Shown here one piece after another: positions 1 to 9,234 of a DNA stretch of 32,000 nucleotides (positions are counted from its first letter, which is position 1; every line of letters starts with the position of its first letter). Source of the stretch: Flavobacteriaceae bacterium. GTDB taxonomy: Bacteria > Bacteroidota > Bacteroidia > Flavobacteriales > Flavobacteriaceae. The stretch lies in contig OZ245049.1 of assembly GCA_965224465.1 (NCBI GenBank), forward strand, positions 4,590,001 through 4,622,000, given 5' to 3'. Both the position numbers and the translations under genes were made by a program. The notes below the pieces were generated by a model. The model was given only the letters and a program-made list of their open reading frames with translations. It ran no database searches and was not told where the DNA came from.

Positions 1-501
1 TTGTGGAACTGGGAAATGCCAGATATTGAGAACCAAAAACTACCCTTATTTGTTTATGATACTGTATTTAAAGCGGAGGTGCCCTATTCAATTAATACAC
101 TTGACACCAAGGCAGTTGATTTATCTAAAATAGACAAAGACATACTGCTAGAGAAAGTACTTACAGAATTTACTAGGATTAGAGCATCTGTTATTAATAA
201 AACACAAGACAAAGAAGCTTTATGTAAATTGGTAAATCGTGGAATTATACAATTATACAAAGGAGAAAAACTTAAAGACGAGGTGGTTGATGATATGATA
301 AATCTTGGAGATGGAAAAGAACCACAAGCCTTAGAGAATTTTGAAATGTGCATGTATTATCACAATAGAACTGTAACTCTAGTTAGAAAAGTTAATAAAG
401 GAGCTGTTATCTGGTTTGAGAATCCAGAAACGGGAGGGACATCCTGGCAGCCTGTTTATATATACATAGATAAGGTTACTGGGAAATGGGTGCGATGGTA
501 A
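1..501 (+). CDS. Family-A secreted/lipoprotein paralog A0, C-terminal 166 codons (5' end lies outside the window)
   Basis: The frame is open from base 1 to TAA 499-501. WNWEMPDIENQKLPLFVYDTVF...YIDKVTGKWVRW aligns residue for residue with the C-terminal halves of 3723-4625 and 4637-5539 (19/166 differences against the latter by hand alignment). Confidence 0.85.
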   Translation: MWNWEMPDIENQKLPLFVYDTVFKAEVPYSINTLDTKAVDLSKIDKDILLEKVLTEFTRIRASVINKTQDKEALCKLVNRGIIQLYKGEKLKDEVVDDMINLGDGKEPQALENFEMCMYYHNRTVTLVRKVNKGAVIWFENPETGGTSWQPVYIYIDKVTGKWVRW

Positions 502-713
502 TAAAAGAAAGTTAAAATTTGATTACCCACGGTATTTTACATAGAGTCTGATTTTTCGACGGATTTTTATTTTTCAGGAGTCACCATTTTTGTTAAATTT
601 CAAGGAGGGAGAAAGAAAAAGGATAAACCCTCTACTTTTTCCATAATCGACGATTTAAGCACTTCTTTTGATATTTTAAAAAAGAAAGGAGAATTCAAAT
701 AAAATAATAAAAA

Positions 714-1637
714 ATGAAAGCACAAAAACACCTCATACTAAGCATTGCAATGCTAGTACTTGTTAATTGTAAAGGACAAGAAAGTAAAAAAACAAACGAT
801 CATAAAAAATACGCAATGAATATACCAAAAAAACAATATTTTCTAAACTTTGAGTTATTTATGTCTTATGAAATATATATAAATGACATGAAAATAGCAA
901 ATAACATTCAATCTGGACCAGTATCTGGATTACGATATTTGAACGATTATATTTTGAATTCGGGAAAACAAACAATAACATTAATTGACCGTGATTTAGA
1001 ACCTGATTCTAATATAGCAAATGATATATTTAAAAAAATAAGTTTAGAAATTTATAGTGCAGATGAAAATGATGAAAACACAAAGTTGGAAAAGAAGTTT
1101 GATTTCCCTGATATACCAACTCCAAGACCATATTATTATAAAAACACATGGGAGTTTGATGCTGAAGTTCCTTACACCGTAGACGGATGGAAAGATGGGC
1201 AAGATTTATCAAAAATAGATCAAAAAGAGTTGAAGAAAATGGTGGTAGCGAAATTTCAACACTTAAGAACAATTTTAAATCAAGGAAAAGTAGATCAATT
1301 TATGGAAGAAAACGCCAAAGGATATAAGGAATTTGTTATTACCAACTATTATCAAAAAAAATGGCATGAATTTGACGAAAACATTAGAGAAACTATAGGT
1401 AATCAAAAGGGAATTATGCTTCCTTTAGAGCATTATAAAATGAAAATAGTTGCAAATGGTCAATTGGTAACCTTAGAAAGAATTAACCTCCCTTATAAAG
1501 GACAAAGTGCATTGTTAGCAATCAATGAAAAAATAAACAGGCTATACACTGATTATATTCATTTATATATGCCAAAAGGAAAAACAAGCTTAGAGCCAAT
1601 ACGTCTAAATATAGAATATGATCTTGCTCATTTTTAA
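714..1637 (+). CDS. Family-B probable lipoprotein B1 (distant homolog of family A), function unknown
   Basis: 307-aa ORF. MKAQKHLILSIAMLVLVNC is a signal peptide ending in Cys. It shares positional motifs with family A (ILNSGKQ/ILKSGKQ, FDAEVPYT/FNAEVPYT, DLSKIDQKEL/DLSKIDKDIL). A near-identical copy lies at 5752-6675. Confidence 0.85.
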   Translation: MKAQKHLILSIAMLVLVNCKGQESKKTNDHKKYAMNIPKKQYFLNFELFMSYEIYINDMKIANNIQSGPVSGLRYLNDYILNSGKQTITLIDRDLEPDSNIANDIFKKISLEIYSADENDENTKLEKKFDFPDIPTPRPYYYKNTWEFDAEVPYTVDGWKDGQDLSKIDQKELKKMVVAKFQHLRTILNQGKVDQFMEENAKGYKEFVITNYYQKKWHEFDENIRETIGNQKGIMLPLEHYKMKIVANGQLVTLERINLPYKGQSALLAINEKINRLYTDYIHLYMPKGKTSLEPIRLNIEYDLAHF

Positions 1638-1742
1638 AAACAACAACTTTACAACAGATTAATCATCAATGATAAAAAGGCTGCTATCTGGTTTAAGAAT
1701 TCAAAAACGAGAGGAACATCCTGGCAGCCTGTTTATACTTAA
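1638..1742 (+). pseudogene. Orphan 3' fragment of a family-A gene, no start codon
   Basis: Translates to ...NDKKAAIWFKNSKTRGTSWQPVYT*, which matches the family-A tail KRAAIWFENPETGGTSWQPVYIY. It begins directly after, and in frame with, the B1 stop (1635-1637). Confidence 0.6.
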
Positions 1743-1995
1743 TACATTTCCAAGAGACGGTTTAGAAATGGAATTATTTTTTATATCGGTCATTTTGGAT
1801 TGTAATTGGTATCATATATACATAGATAAGGTTAAAGGGCAAAGTGGCTTGTCCGAAAAAAAAGAAGTATTAAAAAAAATCAACTTCTCACTTGGTATAG
1901 CCGCTGCTTATGGTACAAATAAAATTAATTTAACACCTGATTTAGGTAAAAAAATACATGACCTAATATATGAGTTTGCCAAAGCTAAAACTTAA
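1669..1995 (+). CDS. Doubtful chimeric ORF (108 aa) spanning gene-fragment debris
   Basis: The ORF overlaps the orphan fragment out of frame. It carries a second family-A tail remnant (WYHIYIDKVKG vs VYIYIDKVTGK, about 1806-1840) fused to unrelated sequence. There is no signal peptide and no recognizable motif. Confidence 0.2.
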   Translation: MIKRLLSGLRIQKREEHPGSLFILNTFPRDGLEMELFFISVILDCNWYHIYIDKVKGQSGLSEKKEVLKKINFSLGIAAAYGTNKINLTPDLGKKIHDLIYEFAKAKT

Positions 1996-2081
1996 TTGAT
2001 TCTATAAGTGGAAATTCTGTTAGTAAAGAAAAACAAAATTCATTATACAAAAATCGGATAAAAAATCTTGGTGGAAAATGG

Positions 2082-2768
2082 ATGAAAAAACTAGACAAAC
2101 TACCTGTTACCATAACAGTGTATCAACCCAGTTTTTCAGCTGGTTTTGCATGGGGTAGGAAAACATTGGAATCACAAACAAATTGCAATGCTCCTATAAC
2201 ATATGATGTGTTTTTAAAAGCAGATCCTTTATTTAAAATGGAAGGAAGCCTAGATTTAATTACCTGTGCTACTTTTATGCCTGTTATTGGACAGGTAATA
2301 AAAGTAGTTGATATTGTATTAAATGTTGCTGGAATAGAGCCTGTATTGAAGCTTACTGCCATGGGGGAAATTAAATTATCACTAATAGGTACAATAAAAG
2401 TTGACGGCGACACCAATGAGAAAAAACTAGAAACTAAAATGAGTGCAGGACTCAAAATGACTATAGAAGCAAGTATTACTATAGGAGATGGACTGGTAGG
2501 ATTTATGTTTGCCGGTGGTGATATTATTGGTGCTGTGACAAAAAACACCTATACCGCCTATGCGGAAACAGGATTTGAATTAAACCTATCCACTGGCGTT
2601 ACGGCTCATAAAGGCCCCTATGTAGGAGTGAAACTAGAATTCCTAGGTCTTATTGCCGCAGGGAAATTAGAAACAAAAATGGATGAATATGGAGGGACTT
2701 CCGAAGAATCTTTTAAGTATATTATTATAGAGAAAACTACTTTTATAGATAAAACTTTTTACTTTTAA
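2082..2768 (+). CDS. Hypothetical 228-aa beta-rich protein without signal peptide; candidate membrane-active partner of the array
   Basis: Clean ORF whose frame is closed upstream at TAA 1986-1988. It has alternating amphipathic stretches, a Gly/small-residue hydrophobic segment GDGLVGFMFAGGDIIGAV and a C-terminal ...TFYF. Its stop at 2766-2768 lies 4 nt before the ATG of the next gene. Confidence 0.7.
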   Translation: MKKLDKLPVTITVYQPSFSAGFAWGRKTLESQTNCNAPITYDVFLKADPLFKMEGSLDLITCATFMPVIGQVIKVVDIVLNVAGIEPVLKLTAMGEIKLSLIGTIKVDGDTNEKKLETKMSAGLKMTIEASITIGDGLVGFMFAGGDIIGAVTKNTYTAYAETGFELNLSTGVTAHKGPYVGVKLEFLGLIAAGKLETKMDEYGGTSEESFKYIIIEKTTFIDKTFYF

Positions 2769-2772
2769 AATT

Positions 2773-3546
<774 letters not shown>

Positions 3547-3711
3547 AATTTTGAAATGCACTTGTATTATCACAATAGAATTGTAACTCTTCTAAAAAAA
3601 GTTGATAAAGAGTCTGCTATCTGGTTTGAGAATCCAGAAACGGGAGGGACATCCTGGCAGCCTGTTTATATATACATAGATAAGGTTACTGGGAAATGGG
3701 TGCGATGGTAA
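3547..3711 (+). pseudogene. Orphaned in-frame 3' tail of A1 downstream of the premature stop
   Basis: It continues in the same frame as 2773-3546 and reads NFEMHLYYHNRIVTLLKKVDKESAIWFENPETGGTSWQPVYIYIDKVTGKWVRW, ending at TAA 3709-3711. This is homologous to the last 54 residues of the family-A C-terminus. Confidence 0.7.
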
Positions 3712-3722
3712 TAAAAGAAAGT

Positions 3723-4625
3723 ATGAATAGAATTTTATTGATTTCGTGGGGCTGTATTTTTTTCTGTTGTTCAGTGTATGGACAACAGAAAAAAAACATG
3801 AACACCCAAACCAGCCAACAGAACAATTACCCGTATAAAAACGACAGCCGACCTGGTTATTATTTACAAATAAATAATCAGAATTGTTATTACGAACTGA
3901 GAATTAATGATTTTAATGGAGGTAATTATTTTGGTATGTACCCATCATATTCAGTACGGATCCCTTTAAATTTACGAATATTAAAAAGTGGAAAACAAAG
4001 TCTTTCTTTAAAAATAGTTCCTTATAAAGGTGATACCCTGTCTCCCAAAGCCAACCTACAAATGCGTTTGATAAAATATGCAGACATGACAGATTTAGAA
4101 AACGAATATGGAGGAAGTACTGTATTGTGGAGCTGGGAAATGCCAGATATTGAGAATCAAAAATTACCCTTATTTGTTTATGATACTGTATTTAATGCAG
4201 AAGTGCCCTATACACTTGATAGACTTGACACCAAGGCAGTTGATTTATCTAAAATAGACAAAGACATACTGCTAGAGAAAGTACTTACAGAATTTACTAG
4301 GATAAGAGCATCTATTATTAATAAAACACAAGACAAAGAAGCTTTATGTGATTTTATAGATTGTGCACTTATACAATTATACAAAGGAGAAAAACTTAAA
4401 GACGAGGTGATTGATGGTATGATAAATCTTGGAGATGGAAAAGAACCACAACCCTTAGAGAATTTTGAAATGCGCATGTATTATCACAATAGAATTGTAA
4501 CTCTGGTTAGGAAAGTTAATAAAAGGTCTGCTATCTGGTTTGAGAATCCAGAAACAGGAGGGACATCCTGGCAGCCTGTTAATCTATACATAGATAAGGT
4601 TACTGGGAAATGGGTGCGATGGTAA
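3723..4625 (+). CDS. Family-A secreted/lipoprotein paralog A2
   Basis: The ORF track starts at 3696, but that ATG lies inside the preceding gene tail. ATG 3723 gives MNRILLISWGCIFFCCSVYGQQ, a hydrophobic signal parallel to the A1 MNKILL start. It is full length, ending ...KVTGKWVRW. Confidence 0.85.
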   Translation: MNRILLISWGCIFFCCSVYGQQKKNMNTQTSQQNNYPYKNDSRPGYYLQINNQNCYYELRINDFNGGNYFGMYPSYSVRIPLNLRILKSGKQSLSLKIVPYKGDTLSPKANLQMRLIKYADMTDLENEYGGSTVLWSWEMPDIENQKLPLFVYDTVFNAEVPYTLDRLDTKAVDLSKIDKDILLEKVLTEFTRIRASIINKTQDKEALCDFIDCALIQLYKGEKLKDEVIDGMINLGDGKEPQPLENFEMRMYYHNRIVTLVRKVNKRSAIWFENPETGGTSWQPVNLYIDKVTGKWVRW

Positions 4626-4636
4626 TAAAAGAAAGT

Positions 4637-5539
4637 ATGAATAGAATTTTATTGATTTCGTGGGGCTGTATTTTTTTCTGTTGTTCAGTGTATGGACAAC
4701 AGAAAAAAAACATGAACACCCAAACCAGCCAACAGAACAATTACCCGTATAAAAACGACAGCCGACCTGGTTATTATTTACAAATAAATAATCAGAATTG
4801 TTATTACGAACTGGATACAAATGGTTTAAGTAGTGCAGAGTATTATGGCGAATACCCTGCTTATTCAACAAGAATACCTCTAAATCTTCAAATATTAAAA
4901 AGTGGAACACAAAGTCTTTCCTTAAAAATAGTTCCTTATAAAGGTGATACCCTGTCTCCAAAAGCCAACCTACAAATGCGTTTGATAAAATATGCAGACA
5001 TGACAGATTTAGAAAATGAATATGGAGGAAGTACCGTATTGTGGAACTGGGAAATGCCAGATATTGAGAATCAAAAACTACCCTTATTTGTTTATGATAC
5101 TGTATTTAGAGCAGAGATGCCCTATACAATTAATACACTTGACACCAAGGCAGTTGATTTATCTAAAATAGACAAAGACATACTGCTAGAGAAAGTACTT
5201 ACAGAATTTACTAGAATAAGAGCAACTATTATTAATAAAACACAAGACAAAGAAGCTTTATCTAAAGCTATAAAACGCCCACTTATACAATTATACAAAG
5301 GGAAAAAACTTAAAGACGAGGTGATTGATGGTATGATAAATCTTGGAGATGGAAAAGAACCACAACCCTTAGAGAATTTTGAAATGCGCATGTATTATCA
5401 CAATAGAATTGTAACTCTGGTTAGGAAAGTTAATAAAAGGGCTGCTATCTGGTTTGAGAATCCAGAAACGGGAGGGACATCCTGGCAGCCTGTTTATATA
5501 TACATAGATAAGGTTACTGGGAAATGGGTGCGATGGTAA
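4637..5539 (+). CDS. Family-A secreted/lipoprotein paralog A3
   Basis: Same logic as A2: ATG 4637 lies 11 nt after the A2 stop. The first ~60 codons are identical to A2, and the 3' portion is the counterpart of A0. Confidence 0.85.
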   Translation: MNRILLISWGCIFFCCSVYGQQKKNMNTQTSQQNNYPYKNDSRPGYYLQINNQNCYYELDTNGLSSAEYYGEYPAYSTRIPLNLQILKSGTQSLSLKIVPYKGDTLSPKANLQMRLIKYADMTDLENEYGGSTVLWNWEMPDIENQKLPLFVYDTVFRAEMPYTINTLDTKAVDLSKIDKDILLEKVLTEFTRIRATIINKTQDKEALSKAIKRPLIQLYKGKKLKDEVIDGMINLGDGKEPQPLENFEMRMYYHNRIVTLVRKVNKRAAIWFENPETGGTSWQPVYIYIDKVTGKWVRW

Positions 5540-6816
5540 TAAAAGAAAGTTAAAATTTGATTACCCACGGTATTTTACATAGAGTCTGATTTTTCGACGG
5601 ATTTTTATTTTTCAGGAGTCACCATTTTTGTTAAATTTCAAGGAGGGAGAAAGAAAAAGGATAAACCCTCTACTTTTTCCATAATCGACGATTTAAGCAC
5701 TTCTTTTGATATTTTAAAAAAGAAAGGAGAATTCAAATAAAATAATAAAAAATGAAAGCACAAAAACACCTCATACTAAGCATTGCAATGCTAGTACTTG
5801 TTAATTGTAAAGGACAAGAAAGTAAAAAAACAAACGATCATAAAAAATACGCAATGAATATACCAAAAAAACAATATTTCCTGAACTATGAGCTATTTAT
5901 GTCTTATGAATTATATATAAATGATGTAAAATTAACCAATTACATTCAATTGGGACCAGTATCTGGTATGGAGTATTTGAATGATTACATTCTGAATTCG
6001 GGAAAACAAACAATAACATTAATTGACCGTGATTTAAAACCTAATTCTAATATGCCAAATGATATATTTAAAAAAATAAGTTTAGCAATTTATAGTGCAG
6101 ATGAAAATGATGAAAACACAAAGTTGGAAAAGAAGTTTGATTTCCCTGATATACCAACTCCAATACCATATTATTATAAAAACACATGGGAGTTTGATGC
6201 CGAAGTTCCCTACACAATAGATGGATGGAAAGATGGACAAGATTTATCAAAAATAGATCAAAAAGAGTTGGAAAAAATGGTGGTAGCTAAATTTCAACAC
6301 TTAAGAACAATTTTAAATCAAGGAAAAGTGGATCAATTTATGGAAGAAAACGCCAAAGGATATAAGGAATTTGTTATTGCCAACTATTATCAAAAAAAAT
6401 GGCATGAATTTGACGAAAATATTAGAGAATTAGTAGAAGATCAAGAAGGTTTTATGCTTCCTTTAGAGGATTATAAAATGAAAGTAGTTGCAAATGGTCA
6501 ATTGGTAACCTTGGAAAGAATTAACCTTCCTTATAAAGGACAAAGTGCATTATTAGCAATCGATGAAAAAGAGAATACGATATACACTGATTATATTCAT
6601 TTATATATGCCAAAAGGAAAAACAAGCTTAGAGCCAATACGTCTGAATATAGAATATGAGGTTGCTGATTTTTAAAAACAACAACTTTACAACATATCAT
6701 TAATGATAAAAAGGCTGCTATCTGGTTTAAGAATTCAAAAACGGGAGGGACATCCTGGCAGCCTGTTTATACCAAATACATTTCCAAGAGACGGTTTAGA
6801 AATGGAATTATTTTTT
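5039..6816 (+). repeat. Segmental duplication, copy 2
   Basis: See copy 1. Homology ends after ...GGAATTATTTTTT at 6816. Confidence 0.95.
5752..6675 (+). CDS. Family-B probable lipoprotein B2
   Basis: Copy of B1 at an offset of exactly 5,038 nt, with ~33/307 residue differences by hand alignment. Confidence 0.85.
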   Translation: MKAQKHLILSIAMLVLVNCKGQESKKTNDHKKYAMNIPKKQYFLNYELFMSYELYINDVKLTNYIQLGPVSGMEYLNDYILNSGKQTITLIDRDLKPNSNMPNDIFKKISLAIYSADENDENTKLEKKFDFPDIPTPIPYYYKNTWEFDAEVPYTIDGWKDGQDLSKIDQKELEKMVVAKFQHLRTILNQGKVDQFMEENAKGYKEFVIANYYQKKWHEFDENIRELVEDQEGFMLPLEDYKMKVVANGQLVTLERINLPYKGQSALLAIDEKENTIYTDYIHLYMPKGKTSLEPIRLNIEYEVADF

Positions 6817-6827
6817 GTTTTAGCTAG
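6669..6827 (+). pseudogene. Orphan 3' fragment of a family-A gene (second copy)
   Basis: Translates to ...TTTLQHIINDKKAAIWFKNSKTGGTSWQPVYTKYISKRRFRNGIIFCFS* with no start codon. A 4-nt indel puts it out of frame relative to B2. Confidence 0.6.
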
Positions 6828-6913
6828 GCGAAAAACATAAGAATATCCCCTTAGTTGTCATTCTGTTTTTTTATCCATAACAAATCAGATTTCTTGTGAA
6901 AACAAGAAGAGTT

Positions 6914-7819
6914 TTACAATTTATAGCCTATAGAAAAAAGTACAATTCTTGGTGTGATGTATGTTTTTCTGTCAGAAACTATATAGCTGCTAAAACTATT
7001 ACTTTGTTTAAAATGTTGGTTAAATAAATTGTTAGCTGTTAAGAGAAAACTCCAAGCACTGTTTTCTTGTTGATAAAACAGAGATGATTGTGCAATTTTA
7101 TAGGTATTTCTGTTATTGATACTTTTGTTCTGATAGTGGTATTGTTCAAATTCAAAAGAGAAACTGAAATTTTCTAAAAAATCATATTCAATGTTTAGAA
7201 ATGGTTCTTGGGTAACAAAATTAGATATGTTTCCGCTAGAGGTATATTTTCCAAAACGTTGCTTGTATCCAATTTCAATGGTTGGAAATTTATCAAATAA
7301 AGTTTTTGCAGAGAGTTGATAACTGGTTTCGGTTTTCTTGTTTTTTACAAGAGTTTGGTCAATGGATTGTAAATAGTTTGAAGTGGAATAAGTTGTTTTT
7401 AAACGGTATTTTATGCGTTTTATTTTTTTATGGATGTCCAATCTGTACCTCCAGTCTTCACTTGGATTGTTTAGCATTACCGGGCTTAAATATTGATTTT
7501 TATTTTCGAACTGTACACTGTTTACAATACCTTTAATTTTTTTAGAATAGTTGAGGTTGGTATAAAGCATCAGGCCTCTGTATAAGCTAAATCTACGGAA
7601 GGAGAGTCTTGCATTGTGATAGATTTCGTTTTCCAAAGCAGTATTTCCTTTGTAAATAGAGTTGTAAGAACGTAGGTAGTAATTGTTGGCTAGTTTTGAT
7701 GCATTGCTAAACTTACTTTTAAGATGGTAGTTTAAGGTGATTTTTTTAGAATTTGAAAATTTATAAGTGCCTGTAAATTGCGGAAGTACAACTGTTTTTT
7801 GATGGTGTGTAGTATTTAT
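6914..7819 (-). pseudogene. C-terminal beta-barrel fragment of an outer-membrane receptor gene split by an IS
   Basis: The minus-strand frame is open from the IS boundary (...INTTHHQKTVVLPQFTGTYKF...) down to the stop at 6914. It ends ...VLFSIGYKL and has an alternating beta-strand pattern. The first canonical start is only an internal TTG at 7636. Confidence 0.8.
7812..7819. repeat. Target-site duplication GTATTTAT (left copy)
   Basis: The identical 8-mer directly abuts the other IS end at 9235-9242. Confidence 0.85.
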
Positions 7820-7844
7820 GGTTGTGTAATTTAAACTCTGTCTG
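7820..7844. repeat. IS terminal inverted repeat (transposase-distal end)
   Basis: GGTTGTGTAATTTAAACTCTGTCTG compared with the reverse complement of 9210-9234, GGGACTGTAAACTCAACTCTGTCTG. 19/25 positions match, including a perfect inner 11-mer AACTCTGTCTG. Confidence 0.8.
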
Positions 7845-7860
7845 CTTGTTTTTTTCTACG

Positions 7861-7920
7861 TTTTAAAATAGTTCGATTTTCTCTTCATAAGGCTGCTTTA
7901 AAAATCGAACTATTTTAAAA
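7861..7920 (-). terminator. Perfect 20-bp-stem hairpin inside the IS, downstream of the transposase stop
   Basis: TTTTAAAATAGTTCGATTTT (7861-7880) is the exact reverse complement of 7901-7920, with a 20-nt loop. It lies 20 nt past the stop at 7940. Confidence 0.4.
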
Positions 7921-7939
7921 TGAGCCCCAGCGGCTAGCG

Positions 7940-9172
7940 TCACGAACTGCTTCCGTTTTTATGTAAATCCAACGTTATTCGATCTTCAAATTTAATATAT
8001 AATTGTTGAATTGTCAAGCACCAATTATGTAAAGGGTTTGTCCATTTTTTTTCGATATTTTTTGTTGCTAAGTAAACAAGCTTCAATAGTGCCATATCAC
8101 TGGTAAAAGCCCCTTTTGTTTTAGTTACTTTTCTTACCTGTCTATGAAAACCTTCTACTGCATTTGTTGTGTAAATTATTTTTCTGATAGGTTCTGTATA
8201 CTGAAAAAACTGAGATAACTCTTCCCAATTACGGTTCCAGCTTTCTAAAACTACAGGGTATTTTTCTCCCCATTTTTCTTCTAATTTCAATAACTCCAAC
8301 TCAGCAATATCTTTATTAACTGCCTTGTAAACAAGCTTTAAATCTCGAATAAATTCTTTTTGATCTTTGGAAGCTATATACTTTAAAGAATTACGAATTT
8401 GATGAACAATACACTTTTGAATTTGTGTTTTAGGAAATACACTCAAGATAGCTTCTGAAAACCCTTTTAAGTTGTCTGTACAGGCAATTAGGATATCCTT
8501 AAGCCCTCTGTTATTAAGGTCTGTCAATACTTGAAGCCAAAAATTTGCGCCTTCACTTTCTGAAATATACATTCCTAAAACCTCTTTTATCCCTTCTTTA
8601 TTTACTCCTAAAACATTGTAAAGTGCTTTGTGTTGTATTTTACCGTCTACTTTTACCTTGTAATGCATAGCGTCAAGCCAAACAATGCAGTACATCTGTT
8701 CTACTGGACGACTTTGCCATTGTTTTATATCGGGTATGATCTTATCTGTAATTTGACTTAAAACAGTGTGTGATATATCTGTATCATACATCTCTTTTAT
8801 ATGACCAGAAATATCGCGTAAGCTCATTCCTAAGCCATATAATCCAATGATCTTATCTGATAAATTATCTGCTAAAATGGTTTGACGCTTTTTTATCAGA
8901 ACAGGCTCGAAACTACTATTTCTATCCGCTGGCGTACTTATTTCAAAACTACCAATACTAGTTTTAACAGTCTTTTTGCCCTTTCCGTTACGTTTATTCC
9001 CTTTAGAACGTTCCTCTTCACTAAGGTGTGATTCCATTTCTGCTTCCAATGCTTTCTCAAGAAATTGTTTCATTAAAGGAGCAAAGGCACCTTCTTTTCC
9101 GAATAAACTTTTTCCTGATAATAATTGATCCAATGCCTTTTTTTCAATGTTGGCTAACTCGTCTTTTGTCAT
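7940..9172 (-). CDS. IS256-family (mutator-type) transposase
   Basis: 410 aa. The layout and motifs are typical of Transposase_mut proteins (WLDAMHYKV, ACTDNLKGFSEAI, QKCIVHQIRNSLKY, YTTNAVEGFHRQVRKVTK). Confidence 0.9.
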   Translation of the reverse strand: MTKDELANIEKKALDQLLSGKSLFGKEGAFAPLMKQFLEKALEAEMESHLSEEERSKGNKRNGKGKKTVKTSIGSFEISTPADRNSSFEPVLIKKRQTILADNLSDKIIGLYGLGMSLRDISGHIKEMYDTDISHTVLSQITDKIIPDIKQWQSRPVEQMYCIVWLDAMHYKVKVDGKIQHKALYNVLGVNKEGIKEVLGMYISESEGANFWLQVLTDLNNRGLKDILIACTDNLKGFSEAILSVFPKTQIQKCIVHQIRNSLKYIASKDQKEFIRDLKLVYKAVNKDIAELELLKLEEKWGEKYPVVLESWNRNWEELSQFFQYTEPIRKIIYTTNAVEGFHRQVRKVTKTKGAFTSDMALLKLVYLATKNIEKKWTNPLHNWCLTIQQLYIKFEDRITLDLHKNGSSS

Positions 9173-9209
9173 GTTTTCTGTTTGAATAAAGTTAATACTT
9201 TTTTTTATT

Positions 9210-9234
9210 CAGACAGAGTTGAGTTTACAGTCCC
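9210..9234. repeat. IS terminal inverted repeat (transposase-proximal end)
   Basis: See 7820-7844. Confidence 0.8.

Larger units (their letters stand above)
1..1782 (+). repeat. Segmental duplication, copy 1 (A-type 3' part + spacer + B gene + orphan fragment)
   Basis: Aligns with 5039-6816. The offset is 5,038 nt up to 1637/6675 and 5,034 nt after that. Confidence 0.95.
7820..9234 (-). mobile_element. Complete IS256-family insertion sequence (1,415 bp)
   Basis: It has a single 410-aa transposase ORF and 25-nt terminal inverted repeats matching at 19/25 positions, and it is flanked by an 8-bp direct repeat. Removing the element plus one repeat copy restores one continuous reading frame in the host gene. 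Confidence 0.9.

Noticed and set aside
84-353. Conserved 89-aa antisense ORFs (84-353, 4208-4477, 5122-5391)
   Set aside because: They are conserved only because they lie antisense to the conserved part of the A genes. Their composition is low-complexity Ser/Leu-rich and they show no start context. The same applies to the antisense ORFs 1030-1272 and 6068-6250 inside the B genes.
3696-3722. The N-terminal extension MGAMVIKES given by the ORF track for A2 and A3 (starts at 3696 and 4610)
   Set aside because: These codons overlap the preceding gene's last codons in another frame. The hydrophobic signal sequence begins at the next Met (MNRILL...), parallel to the A1 MNKILL start.
6891-6908. The hairpin TTCTTGT-GAAA-ACAAGAA between the array and the receptor gene as a convergent terminator
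   Set aside because: The stem is only 7 bp and AT-rich, with no clear U-tract on either strand. It is too weak to call.
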